Shown one piece after another: positions 17,387 to 26,940 of a DNA stretch of 64,000 bases. Within the stretch, counting starts at the first letter, position 1, and every line of letters starts with the position of its first letter. Under the pieces are notes generated by a model. The model saw only the letters and a list, made by a program, of their open reading frames with translations. It did no database searches and had not been told where the DNA came from. This DNA is from Pseudomonadota bacterium (GTDB lineage: Bacteria; Pseudomonadota; Alphaproteobacteria; Caulobacterales; Parvularculaceae), in the NCBI GenBank assembly GCA_039822105.1, contig JBCBMW010000004.1:55418-119417 (forward strand), read 5' to 3'. The position numbers and the translations under genes are program-made.

Positions 17387-18480
17387 TGCGATCATTCCTC
17401 TTCTGCTTCATCGTCTTCGTTCTTGGCTTGATGCCTGCCGCGGCCCAATCCGTGAGGCTCAAGGATCTTGTCGATATTGAAGGGGTGAGGGGGAACGATC
17501 TCATTGGCTACGGCATCGTCGTTGGCCTTGGCGGTACCGGCGATACGCTGAGGAACTCGCCCTATACGGAGGAGGCGCTTTCGAGCCTTCTGGAGCGTCT
17601 CGGCGTCAACGTTCAAGACGAGCGTTTCCGTCCGGACAATATCGCAGCGGTCATCGTCACCGCGACGCTTCCACCTTTCGCACGGCGAGGCAGCACAGTG
17701 GATGTCGCGGTCAGTTCCATCGGCGATGCCCGCAGCCTTCAGGGCGGGCTTCTCGTCATGACACCCCTTCTGGGTGCGGACAATGAAGTTTACGCCGTGG
17801 CGCAGGGCCCTCTCGTGGTCGGTGGGTTCGCCGCTGAGGGGCAGGCAGGCGCTGCGCAACAAAGCACCCAGACGATTGGTACCATCGCTGGCGGTGCACG
17901 GATCGAGCGCGAAGTCCCCTTCAGTTTCGAAGACATGCAAGAGATCCGCCTCGCCCTGCGCGATCCCGACTTTACCACCGCCGGCCGCATTGAGGGTCTC
18001 CTCAATGTCGCCTTCTCTGGCGCCCCGGCGCAGATGACTGACGCGGGTACGGTCGTTGTGGACGCAAGCATGACCGGCCTTGCGCCCGCCCATCTGATCG
18101 CCAATATCGAAGGCATGATGCTCGAGCCCGATCGGCGCGCGCGCGTGGTGATTGATCAGCGTTCGGGCACGATCGTTCTGGGTTCAGATGTTCGCATCGC
18201 CCCAGTCGCCGTCGCCCAGGGTGCACTGACGATCCGAGTGACAGAAACACCGGTGGCGGTCCCCGCCGCGCCGTTCTCAGAAGGCTCGCCAGTCGTCCTG
18301 CCGCGAACCGATATCGATGTCTTCCAACCTGGCGGTGTCGCGCCGCTCCAGTCAGGGGCATCCCTCCGCGATCTTGTGGAAGGCCTCAATGCGCTCGATG
18401 TGCCGCCGCGCGACATGGTTGAGATTTTCGAGGCCTTGAAAGCCGCTGGCGCGCTTCACGCAGAAATCGTCCTGCAATAG
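17386..18480 (+). CDS. flgI: Flagellar P-ring protein FlgI
   Basis: RLKDLVDIEGVRGNDLIGYGIVVGLGGTGD, SSIGDARSLQGG, LKAAGALHAEI. Confidence 0.97.
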   Translation: MRSFLFCFIVFVLGLMPAAAQSVRLKDLVDIEGVRGNDLIGYGIVVGLGGTGDTLRNSPYTEEALSSLLERLGVNVQDERFRPDNIAAVIVTATLPPFARRGSTVDVAVSSIGDARSLQGGLLVMTPLLGADNEVYAVAQGPLVVGGFAAEGQAGAAQQSTQTIGTIAGGARIEREVPFSFEDMQEIRLALRDPDFTTAGRIEGLLNVAFSGAPAQMTDAGTVVVDASMTGLAPAHLIANIEGMMLEPDRRARVVIDQRSGTIVLGSDVRIAPVAVAQGALTIRVTETPVAVPAAPFSEGSPVVLPRTDIDVFQPGGVAPLQSGASLRDLVEGLNALDVPPRDMVEIFEALKAAGALHAEIVLQ

Positions 18481-18747
18481 GGCGCTGGTCATGACCGGAC
18501 CAGGGGTGCCCGGCCATGACCTTGCCCGCAGGGGACGGGGCGCGACGATCGTCAGGGAGGGCCGGACGACCGCCGCAGCAAACGCCACAGGGATCACGGC
18601 GGCTTGCAACATCGTGGTAGGCGACCGCGGCTCGGCTGGCCTATGACAGAAATGGCCAACACCGGACGAATGTCGCGCTTTTTGCAGCTCTAAGAACCAC
18701 GCCGCGATGGCTTGGCAAAGGGTGGTGCGCGCCGCTAACCGCGCCTG

Positions 18748-20187
18748 ATGGCAAAGAAGAACAAAGTGTTTCGGCCCAAGGCGCGCAAGGCCCGCGGGTT
18801 TCCTGATCGGACCGGTGCGGAGCTGATCGCCGAACGGTTGATGCTTGAGCGCATCGGCGGCGTCTATGAGAGCTACGGTTTCGCGCCGCTCTCCACCCCG
18901 GCCTTTGAGTACACCGACGCGCTGGGGAAGTTTCTGCCTGACGTGGACCGGCCAAACAGCGGGGTCTTTTCGCTGCAGGACGATGACGAGCAGTGGTTGA
19001 GCCTGCGTTATGATCTGACGGCGCCGCTCGCCCGTTTTGTCGCTGAGAACATGGATGCGCTGCCGCGGCCATACCGGCGTTATGCGGTGGGTTCTGTCTG
19101 GCGGAATGAAAAGCCGGGGCCGGGGCGCTTCCGGGAGTTCACCCAGATCGACGCGGACGCCTGTTTCGCGCCGCCGCCCCATGCCGATGCTGAGATCATC
19201 ATGATGTTCGCTGATGCCCTCTCGGCGGCTGGGATCGACGAGAGCGATGTCGAGATCCGGCTCTCCTCACGCAAGGTGATGACGGGACTGCTCGAGGTGA
19301 TCGGTCTGCCCCCGGAGGATCAGGGTAAGTCGGGCACTGTTCTGCGTGCGATGGATAAATTTGATCGCCTTGGCGCGGATGGCGTCGCGCTCCTTTTGGG
19401 AGATGGGCGGAAGGACGAGAGCGGCGACTTCACCGAGGGGGCCATGCTCGAGCCTGGCCAGATCGACGCCGTTTTGAAGTTCATGGAGGGCGGGGATATG
19501 TCCGCCTCGCTGGCTGGCAACAAGGCGGGGGAGGAAGGTACGGCGGAGCTTCACGCTATCGTCTCGACCCTGACGGAGATGGGCTATGGTGGCCGAGTGA
19601 AACTCGATCCGTCTGTGATCCGCGGCCTCGATTACTACACCGGGCCGGTGTTCGAGGCTGCCCTGACCTTCGACGTGGAAAATGAAAAAGGGCAGACCGT
19701 GCAGTTCGGCTCGGTCGGCTCTGGTGGACGATATGATGGTCTCATTGCACGGTTCAAAGGACAGGAAGTGCCATCGGTCGGATGCTCCGTGGGCGTCAGC
19801 CGCCTGCTGACAGCGCTGAAATCGAGATCGGCGTTGCCTGAGCCTTTGGCGCCCGTGGTTGTGCTCGCGCTCGAAGAGGCGGAGATGCCGCGTTATCACC
19901 GCATGGCCAAGGCGCTTCGTTCAGAAGGCGTTGCTGCTGAGGTCTATCTCGGCGGTGCCGGGATGAAGGCGCAGATGCGGTACGCGGATAAACGCGGCGC
20001 ACCGATTGTCGTGATCTGCGGCGAAGATGAGCGGACAGCCGGGCAGGTGACCATCAAGGACCTGCGCGCCGGGAAAGAGGCCTCAGCCTCGATTGAGAGC
20101 CGGGATCAGTGGACAGAGGAACGACCAGGCCAAGAGACGGTCGCAGAAGACGCCTTTGTGAGGGCTGTGACTGAACGCCTCGCATAA
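18748..20187 (+). CDS. hisS: Histidine--tRNA ligase
   Basis: RGFPD, LRYDLTAPLAR, RNEKPGPGRFREFTQIDAD, IRGLDYYTG, GSGGRYDGL. Confidence 0.97.
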   Translation: MAKKNKVFRPKARKARGFPDRTGAELIAERLMLERIGGVYESYGFAPLSTPAFEYTDALGKFLPDVDRPNSGVFSLQDDDEQWLSLRYDLTAPLARFVAENMDALPRPYRRYAVGSVWRNEKPGPGRFREFTQIDADACFAPPPHADAEIIMMFADALSAAGIDESDVEIRLSSRKVMTGLLEVIGLPPEDQGKSGTVLRAMDKFDRLGADGVALLLGDGRKDESGDFTEGAMLEPGQIDAVLKFMEGGDMSASLAGNKAGEEGTAELHAIVSTLTEMGYGGRVKLDPSVIRGLDYYTGPVFEAALTFDVENEKGQTVQFGSVGSGGRYDGLIARFKGQEVPSVGCSVGVSRLLTALKSRSALPEPLAPVVVLALEEAEMPRYHRMAKALRSEGVAAEVYLGGAGMKAQMRYADKRGAPIVVICGEDERTAGQVTIKDLRAGKEASASIESRDQWTEERPGQETVAEDAFVRAVTERLA

Positions 20188-20219
20188 AAAAGGCGGCCAA
20201 CAGGCCGCCTTTTCTTTTT
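20186..20219. terminator. Bidirectional intrinsic terminator between hisS and the PEP-CTERM gene
   Basis: AAAAGGCGGCC-AACA-GGCCGCCTTTT stem with A-tract before and T-tract after, between convergent genes. Confidence 0.88.
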
Positions 20220-20234
20220 GATATGTGTCCGAAC

Positions 20235-20945
20235 TTAGCGCTGACGACGGCGGCGGCCAGCAGCAGTCAAAAGCGCAGCGCCGCCCATCATCAGAGGCAG
20301 CGCGCCAGGGACTGGCACTGCGGTGTAGGTGAAGTTGTCGATTGCACCAGAATCAGGAAGCGTGATCTCTAGGCTCGCCAGGTTTGTCCAGCCAGCAAAT
20401 GTCAGATCATCAAAGAAGTTCAGGCTGCCGTCATTGTCGAGATCACCCATATAGGTGAACGAGAAATCAGCGATGCCCGTGTTATTACCAACTTCGAAAC
20501 CTTCGAACAGGACGCCCGGTTTCGTGTCGGCCAGCGTGATCGCTTCGAACGTCGTCGGAAGACTAAAGTCAAAGACGAACGTGCCGCCCGCAGCTTTGTC
20601 ATCAGGATCCGCGACGATGTCTGTTCCGTCTTGAAGGACAAGATCTTCCGCAATGATCAGGACAAAGCCGAGATCTTCGGTTTCGTCAGCTTCGCTAGTC
20701 GAACCCACTGGAGCGAAATCTGACGCGAGATCCGTGTCACCACCAGTCGGGTTGTTTGTATCAAACAGGATCGCCTGATCTGGATTGCCCGGCGAAACAA
20801 CAGACACGGTTACGCCGCCAGGAAGCGCATTAATCTGCGTACCAGCTGGGCCGAGGCCAGAAAAATCGACAACGGTTTGAGCAGCGTTTGCGCCGGTCAA
20901 ACCAAATGCAGCCAACGCTGCGCCTGCAACGAGCAGTTGTTTCAT
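20235..20945 (-). CDS. Exported protein with PEP-CTERM/VPLPA-CTERM-type sorting signal
   Basis: Signal peptide MKQLLVAGAALAAFGLTGANA. C-terminal AVPVPGALPLMMGGAALLTAAGRRRRQR (VPxP motif, TM helix, Arg cluster). ATG 20945 has a GAGGGG RBS. Confidence 0.88.
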   Translation of the reverse strand: MKQLLVAGAALAAFGLTGANAAQTVVDFSGLGPAGTQINALPGGVTVSVVSPGNPDQAILFDTNNPTGGDTDLASDFAPVGSTSEADETEDLGFVLIIAEDLVLQDGTDIVADPDDKAAGGTFVFDFSLPTTFEAITLADTKPGVLFEGFEVGNNTGIADFSFTYMGDLDNDGSLNFFDDLTFAGWTNLASLEITLPDSGAIDNFTYTAVPVPGALPLMMGGAALLTAAGRRRRQR

Positions 20946-21106
20946 GGGACACCCCTCACCACCTAAAGATGAGATAAAGTACCGCATTAAGTGCAAAATG
21001 TACAGTTGGCGTTTACCTTGCGAGCGATCTTTTTTGCAGTGCGGTAGGCGATTGTGGCTTTGCTGCCACGCTTTGGGCAGCAGTCGACTCGGTTAATGAG
21101 GTCTGA

Positions 21107-22951
21107 ATGTCTCTTGTCGAACCCGTTTCTCTCCCGCAGCGCCGAATCCAGCGCTTACCAGCTGGCGCGGTCAACCGCATTGCGGCTGGCGAGGTGGTGG
21201 AGCGGCCCGCAGCGGCTCTGAAAGAGCTGGTGGAGAACGCGCTCGACGCTGGCGCCACGCGAATCACCGTCGAAATCGATGGCGGGGGCCGCAAACGAAT
21301 CGCGGTGACCGATGACGGTTGCGGTATGGGTCCGGACGATCTGCCCCTCGCACTGGAGCGGCATGCCACCTCGAAGCTCTCGGCGGAGCCCGATGGCGAC
21401 GTCGATCTTCTTGCGATCGACACGATGGGTTTTCGCGGCGAAGCGCTGCCCTCGATCGGTGCCGTGGCGCGGTTGACGATCACCACCCGCGAAATGGGCG
21501 GCGAAGGCTGGCAGCTCAAGGTGGCAGGCGGTGTCATCGGTGAGCTGAACCCTGCGCCGTTCGCCGGTACAGGGACGAAAGTGGAGGTCGATGACCTCTT
21601 CTATGCTACTCCAGCGCGGCTCAAGTTCTTGAAAGGCGAACGCGCGGAAAGCTCAGCCTGCGTTGATACGGTGAAGCGGTTGGCGATGGCGCGGCCGGAT
21701 GTTGCGTTCAAGCTGATCGCCGATGGACGTCAGCGCTTCTCTTATCGGCAAGAGCCGCCAGGGGCGGAGGGGCATCTCTCACGCCTTGCCGCGATCATGG
21801 GGCGTGACTTCGGCGAGAACGCTGTGCCGGTCAGTCTTGAGCGCGGCGAGGTGGCTCTGTCTGGCTTTGCCGGTGTGCCGACCTTCAACCGCGGCCTGCC
21901 GGATCGCCAATACCTTTTTGTCCGGGGGCGACCTGTCCGTGACAAGCTGATCGTAGGCGCCGTACGCGGGGCGTATGCGGATTTTCTCGCGCGTGATCGG
22001 CATCCGCTTCTTTGCCTGTTCCTCGACATGCCGCCGCAGCTCGTTGACGTGAACGTGCACCCCGCCAAAACCGAGGTCAGGTTCCGTGATGCGGCGGAGG
22101 TTCGCGGCATGATTGTCAGTGGGCTGCGCGCCGCGATCGGAGAAGCCGGACATCGCGCATCCACCACCGTGGCTGGGCAAGCGATGCGCGCGGCTGTTGC
22201 TGGCAATCCCTTCTCTGGCACGTCGGAGCCGACGCCCCCCGACGCGGTCATCCCGGCCCAGCACGGCTTCGCTGAGCGCCAAACCTCCTTCGGTCTTCGA
22301 CCGACAGCGCGTCCAGCGCCGGTGCCAACCCAAGCCGCCGCTGCGCCTCAACCCACGCCCGAGCCGGAGGACTTTCCCCTTGGCGCCGCCATGGCGCAGC
22401 TTCACGACACCTACATCGTCTCGCAGACGGATGATGGTTTGATCATCGTTGATCAGCATGCCGCGCATGAGCGCTTAGTCTATGAGCGGATGAAGGCCGC
22501 GGCCGATGGGCAGGCCCCAGCGCGTCAGGCTCTCTTGGTGCCTGAAGTCGTGGAACTGGCCGAAGATGAAGCCTCGGTCGTCCTTGAGCGGAGGGATGAA
22601 CTCATCGACTATGGCCTTGTCGTCGAAGACTTTGGCCCCGGCACGATCCTGGTCAGGGAGGTGCCCGCGGTGCTGGGGGATTTCGACGTCAAAGGCATGG
22701 TGAAGGATCTCGCCTGCGATCTTGCGGGACTGGGTCAGGACGTTTCCCTCAAGGACCGGATCGCTGAGACCTTGGGCAATCACGCCTGCCGCAACTCGGT
22801 GCGCGCCGGGCGTCGTCTCAACACGGAGGAGATGAATGCTCTCCTCCGTCAGATGGAAGCCACGCCCCATTCAGGGCAGTGCAACCATGGTCGCCCGACC
22901 TATGTCGAGCTCAAGCTGAAAGACGTCGAGCGTCTATTCGGTCGGCGTTAG
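21107..22951 (+). CDS. mutL: DNA mismatch repair endonuclease MutL
   Basis: [54 protein letters not shown]. Confidence 0.98.
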   Translation: MSLVEPVSLPQRRIQRLPAGAVNRIAAGEVVERPAAALKELVENALDAGATRITVEIDGGGRKRIAVTDDGCGMGPDDLPLALERHATSKLSAEPDGDVDLLAIDTMGFRGEALPSIGAVARLTITTREMGGEGWQLKVAGGVIGELNPAPFAGTGTKVEVDDLFYATPARLKFLKGERAESSACVDTVKRLAMARPDVAFKLIADGRQRFSYRQEPPGAEGHLSRLAAIMGRDFGENAVPVSLERGEVALSGFAGVPTFNRGLPDRQYLFVRGRPVRDKLIVGAVRGAYADFLARDRHPLLCLFLDMPPQLVDVNVHPAKTEVRFRDAAEVRGMIVSGLRAAIGEAGHRASTTVAGQAMRAAVAGNPFSGTSEPTPPDAVIPAQHGFAERQTSFGLRPTARPAPVPTQAAAAPQPTPEPEDFPLGAAMAQLHDTYIVSQTDDGLIIVDQHAAHERLVYERMKAAADGQAPARQALLVPEVVELAEDEASVVLERRDELIDYGLVVEDFGPGTILVREVPAVLGDFDVKGMVKDLACDLAGLGQDVSLKDRIAETLGNHACRNSVRAGRRLNTEEMNALLRQMEATPHSGQCNHGRPTYVELKLKDVERLFGRR

Positions 22952-23956
22952 AACTCGCTCAATCGACCGCCAGTCGACGATCTTGAAGTTCTGAAGCCCA
23001 TCGTCGTTGAACCCGTCCTGGGCTACAAAGATGCCCTTCGGATAATCCGGGCCAAGATCAGCGCTTGTCGCGTCAATGCCGTCGGTTTCGCGGACACCGT
23101 CCGCTACCGGACCATCCACAATCTTGAACCGGCCCGCGAGCGCACCCGTCTCGCGGTCATAGGCGGCAAAGCTGTTGTCCCCCTGCACCGAAGCGAGGAG
23201 GTAACCCGAAAGGCGACCAGTTTTGTAAAGCGCGAGGCCTTCAATGTCCGCTTTCAGGCCCGATGCGCCGCCGATCCGATCAACGACAACAGGTTCATCC
23301 GTGCTCGCTAGGTTGCGCGTATCGAATCTGACAATGCCAAAGGGTTCGAGCCCGACATAAAGGGCATGATGGGCTTCATCAAAGACGCAGCCCTCCATCT
23401 GCACCCCCGGCGCATGGCCGGTGCCGATCCGCTCAGCGCTGAAAGCGCCGTCATAGCGCACCGCATAGACATCGACCTCACCGGTTTTGTGCGTGATCGC
23501 CACCACCGGCGACGGATCTGTACCCAGACAGATGCCATAGGGCTCAGGGGTCGCAGCCGCGAGACGGCCGATCTCTTCGGCGCCATTTGGACCAATCTGC
23601 AAGATACTGAACGTCTGATCACCCCTGTTTGAGGTCACACCGAAGTCGCCGGTCAATGAGCCGATCGTCATCCCTTGTTCGATATCGACATTGTTGGGCC
23701 GGGGTAGGGGCAAGAACTGCACCTCTTCGCCAGCGAGATTGTAGGCATAAAGACCAAGCTGCTTGTCAGTACCGAAGATGAGGCTCTTGTCCGGCGCGTC
23801 CGTGTTCACCCAAATCGCCGGGTCGTCGGCGGCGTCATCCTCTGAACTCACGGGCACAGTCTCGCCACTGGGGCGGATCTCGGCCTTCTCCACCCGCGGT
23901 CCAAAGGTTCCGCAAGCGCCCAAGACAAGTGCCGAAAAACGAAGAATTCGTGACAT
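22934..23956 (-). CDS. Beta-propeller phytase (3-phytase), likely lipoprotein
   Basis: Lipobox [58 protein letters not shown] motifs. Confidence 0.92.
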   Translation of the reverse strand: MSRILRFSALVLGACGTFGPRVEKAEIRPSGETVPVSSEDDAADDPAIWVNTDAPDKSLIFGTDKQLGLYAYNLAGEEVQFLPLPRPNNVDIEQGMTIGSLTGDFGVTSNRGDQTFSILQIGPNGAEEIGRLAAATPEPYGICLGTDPSPVVAITHKTGEVDVYAVRYDGAFSAERIGTGHAPGVQMEGCVFDEAHHALYVGLEPFGIVRFDTRNLASTDEPVVVDRIGGASGLKADIEGLALYKTGRLSGYLLASVQGDNSFAAYDRETGALAGRFKIVDGPVADGVRETDGIDATSADLGPDYPKGIFVAQDGFNDDGLQNFKIVDWRSIERVLTPTE

Positions 23957-24104
23957 GAAAGTGGCTCCCCCCGCTGGATGTCGCGCGCCCGGTAACGGCT
24001 TCGTTCGCCGGCGTCACCCCTTTCTTTCACCGCATGTGTGGTGTTCGGTGAAAAGGGGTGATAGCGCGAGCCCTTCTTCACATCACCGCAACAAGGGAGA
24101 CCCT

Positions 24105-24767
24105 ATGGACCAGGCGTTCGTCGCGTCGTTTTTCACAGCTTTTGTGACGCTCTTCATCATTATTGACCCGATCCTGGTGGCCCCGCTGTTTGCGGCGCTG
24201 ACGCATGACAACTCGGGCAAAGAGAAGCGAGCGACGGCGGTTCAGGCAGCACTGATTTCTGCGGGTATTCTGACGTTTTTCGCGTTCTTCGGTCCGGTGA
24301 TGCTTGAGCATCTGGGGATAGAGCTGAGCTCGTTCCGCGCCGCGGGCGGCCTTCTTCTCTTTTTGATCGGCTTTCGGATGTTCTTCGACCCGGATGAAGA
24401 GGTCGAAGCCAAGCGTCCGGGTCCTAAGGCCTCGGCCCGGGACAATGTGGCGTTCTTCCCGCTCTCGCTGCCTATGCTTGCGGGGCCCGGCGCGATCGCG
24501 ACGGTCATGCTGCTGATGAACGAAGGGACGGTGAAATTCCCTGATGCGCCTATCGCGGCGCAGCTTGGGGTGATCGCTGCCCTCTTGCTGGTGCTTGGTA
24601 TCGGTATCCCGGTGATGCTGTCTTCGGCACAGATCGCGCGGGCGCTCGGCCGCACGGGTATGAACATGATCTCCCGGCTCCTGGGGATGCTGCTGATGGC
24701 GCTAGCCACCCAGTATGTGTTCGACGGCATCCGTGTGGGGATCTTTGAAAGGGTAGGCCATGGCTGA
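24105..24767 (+). CDS. marC: MarC (UPF0056/NAAT) family inner-membrane protein
   Basis: FVTLFIIIDP, FRAAGGLLLFLIG, VAFFPLSLPMLAGPGAIATV, RLLGMLLMALA. ATG 24105 with AAGGGAG RBS. Confidence 0.93.
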   Translation: MDQAFVASFFTAFVTLFIIIDPILVAPLFAALTHDNSGKEKRATAVQAALISAGILTFFAFFGPVMLEHLGIELSSFRAAGGLLLFLIGFRMFFDPDEEVEAKRPGPKASARDNVAFFPLSLPMLAGPGAIATVMLLMNEGTVKFPDAPIAAQLGVIAALLLVLGIGIPVMLSSAQIARALGRTGMNMISRLLGMLLMALATQYVFDGIRVGIFERVGHG

Positions 24768-25695
24768 TCCCAAAATCCTGGTCGGGGATGTCGGCGGCAC
24801 CCATGCGCGGTTTGCCCTCGCAGACGCTGGCGGCACGCTTTCCGAGGCCCAGACCTTTGAAGTGCAAGACTTCAAGCGCGCTGAAGATGCGCTAGAGCAG
24901 TACATCTCAGCGGTCAGTGTGCGGCCGACCAGGCTTTGCATTGCGTCAGCCGGGAAAAGACGCGGCGATGAGATCACGCTGACCAATGCCCACTGGGTCC
25001 TTGGTGAGGCGGCACTCACGAAACGGTTTGGCCTTGAAAAATCAAGCCTGGTCAATGATTTCGAGGCGCTTGCACTGGGTGCAGCGTCATTGCCCGCAGA
25101 CGGCTTGATCGAGGTGCAAGCGGGCGCTCGCAAGCTGAACGCGCCTCGGCTTTGCCTTGGCCCAGGCACCGGTTTTGGCCAGGCTGTGATCCTTCCTGGC
25201 ACGCCGGCCCAAGTCATTGCCACGGAAGGCGGATTTCGTTTGCTTCCTGTGCGGACAGAACGGGACCAGGTGCTCTATCGCTGGTTGGAGGCAGAACTTG
25301 GCCGCACCCCGATCCTGGAGGAGGCGCTGTCGGGCAGGGGGCTTGTGCACCTCCTCGGCGCGCTGCGGGGACAGCCCCTGGCGATCACGCCACCCGAACT
25401 CACAGCGGCTGCGCTCGCGGGGCCAGGTGATGAGCGTGAGGCCGTGCGTTGGTTCTTTGAGATTCTCGCGACGGCTGCCGCGGATGCGTGCTTGATGACA
25501 GGCGCGTGGGGCGGCGTTCTGATCGGCGGCGGGGTGGTGCCGCGACTGGCGAGCCTTCTGGACCGGGACGCTTTCAGCACCGTGTTCGCAAGGCCCTGCC
25601 AGATGCAAGGGCAGCTCAAAGATGTGCCGATCCACATCATCACCGACGGCACGGCTGCACTCAGAGGCGCCGCGGCATTCGCGCTCCAGGCTTAG
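24760..25695 (+). CDS. glk: Glucokinase
   Basis: LVGDVGGTHARFA, ITLTNAHW, VNDFEALA, GPGTGFG, TEGG, GGVLIGGGV. Confidence 0.93.
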   Translation: MADPKILVGDVGGTHARFALADAGGTLSEAQTFEVQDFKRAEDALEQYISAVSVRPTRLCIASAGKRRGDEITLTNAHWVLGEAALTKRFGLEKSSLVNDFEALALGAASLPADGLIEVQAGARKLNAPRLCLGPGTGFGQAVILPGTPAQVIATEGGFRLLPVRTERDQVLYRWLEAELGRTPILEEALSGRGLVHLLGALRGQPLAITPPELTAAALAGPGDEREAVRWFFEILATAAADACLMTGAWGGVLIGGGVVPRLASLLDRDAFSTVFARPCQMQGQLKDVPIHIITDGTAALRGAAAFALQA

Positions 25696-26408
25696 CTCAT
25701 CAGTCCCAGGTAAATCAGTGTCAGGCCGATCGTGTTGCTCAGGCCGTGGGACAGGATGAGCGGCCAGAGGTTACGCTTGAGCCCGAGATAGAAGAGCCCG
25801 GACACCGCCGCGATCGCCGATGTCGCCACCCAACCCGCGACGCCTTGGTAGTAGGCATGTTGCTGGCCGAAAATGAAGGCTTGGAACGCGATGGCAAAAA
25901 CCGGAGCTAATGGAACGCCCCGTAGGAGCTGCTCCATCCGTAGAATGAGCACCCCGCGGAACAGCAACTCTTCGGTGAAGCCTCCGACAATCCACGCCGT
26001 CGCGATCCAGAAGAGGTAGGCTGGAAGACTGCCTGGCACATTGTCGAAGCGGCCCTGGTAGCGCGCATCGATCGCCAGCATCTCTTCGCTCGGACCACCG
26101 AAATAGGCGACGGCCGCGCTTTCCGCGACACCGCCAGCCACAATCGTCACGACGAGCGCGATGACGGTCCATAAAGTCAGCCAACGGATGCTCTTGGGGC
26201 GGCGGATGCCAACCGCGCTGAGGCTCTCCTGTCGTCGCCAAAGAAGGACGAAGGCCAACGCGAGCCCCGAGAGTAATGAGATCGGGCCGGCATAGGTCCA
26301 CACGCTGTCAAAGCGCAGCAGCACGGATTTGATCCCGATGAGCACGGTGATGATCAGCAGAAGGTCAAAAAGGGCGCTACGTCGATGGACAACCTGTTTG
26401 TCACTCAT
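25692..26408 (-). CDS. CPBP (CAAX protease/Abi) family intramembrane glutamic endopeptidase
   Basis: EELLFRG, FGQQHAY and SHGLSN motifs in a multi-TM protein. Confidence 0.9.
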   Translation of the reverse strand: MSDKQVVHRRSALFDLLLIITVLIGIKSVLLRFDSVWTYAGPISLLSGLALAFVLLWRRQESLSAVGIRRPKSIRWLTLWTVIALVVTIVAGGVAESAAVAYFGGPSEEMLAIDARYQGRFDNVPGSLPAYLFWIATAWIVGGFTEELLFRGVLILRMEQLLRGVPLAPVFAIAFQAFIFGQQHAYYQGVAGWVATSAIAAVSGLFYLGLKRNLWPLILSHGLSNTIGLTLIYLGLMS

Positions 26409-26926
26409 GACGGTGCCTCGCTACTGGTGTTCAAAGGCTTGCGCGCCTCAATCTCGCGTGCCCGTTCGACCAGAGGTCTCGATTTTAGGGCGTCCGCCAT
26501 CTTGTCGAGGATTGGGGGCAGATCACAGCCGATCTCTTGGCAAAGCTCGTCAAACACTTGGGTCGCTGTCTCCAGCCGCTGACGAAGTGCCGCGTACTGT
26601 TCTCGCCCCTTTTTGGTCAGGGTCAGGAGCTTGCGGCGCCTGTCGCCGGGGTCAGGCGTACGGGTGATGATCTCATCGGCGATGAGAAGCTCGATCCGCT
26701 GGGTCGTCACTTGGTGCTGTTGCCCCAGCATCTCAGCGATATCGGCGGTGGAGACGGCGCCTTCCTCACCGATGATGAGGATCGCTGAGACCGCGCGCGG
26801 GGGGATCTCCACCCCAACATCGGCGAGCAAAGTCTCGCCTTGCCCCACGATGAGTTCTGCCAACCGATCGAGGCGGTTGGCGAGAAACGCGCCCTGCAAA
26901 GGATGGTCATCCAGATGACTTTTCAC
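26405..26926 (-). CDS. MarR family transcriptional regulator
   Basis: wHTH pattern STADIAEMLG...VTTQRIELL...ITRTPDPGDRRRKLLTLTKKG. GTG 26926 preferred as start. Stop overlaps the CPBP start. Confidence 0.9.
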   Translation of the reverse strand: MKSHLDDHPLQGAFLANRLDRLAELIVGQGETLLADVGVEIPPRAVSAILIIGEEGAVSTADIAEMLGQQHQVTTQRIELLIADEIITRTPDPGDRRRKLLTLTKKGREQYAALRQRLETATQVFDELCQEIGCDLPPILDKMADALKSRPLVERAREIEARKPLNTSSEAPS

Positions 26927-26940
26927 GCTGAGATCCACAA

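Noticed and set aside
18491-18646. 51-codon ORF in the flgI-hisS gap
   Set aside because: No RBS, composition typical of random GC-rich DNA, no recognisable motif.
21007-21022. Sigma54-like TGGC-N7-TTGC motif
   Set aside because: It points toward mutL rather than the PEP-CTERM gene. An 8-base match is expected by chance in a window this size, and no activator site is evident.
23763-24104. Long N-terminal extensions in the ORF track (marC; likewise glyS 29815, nadA 39555, sucD 56293, flhB 10779, 49128 lipoprotein)
   Set aside because: They overlap neighbouring genes or promoters. Downstream starts have an RBS or stop/start coupling and match family N-termini.
23957-24104. Pho box upstream of phytase
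   Set aside because: No pair of CTGTCAT-like half-sites with 11-bp periodicity was found.
24046-24107. Resemblance of the marC leader to the yybP-ykoY manganese riboswitch (GGGGTGATAGC...GGGAGACC)
   Set aside because: The GGGGAGTAGC motif is not matched, and the internal metal-binding loop segments and P2-P4 arms are missing. The spacing is too short.
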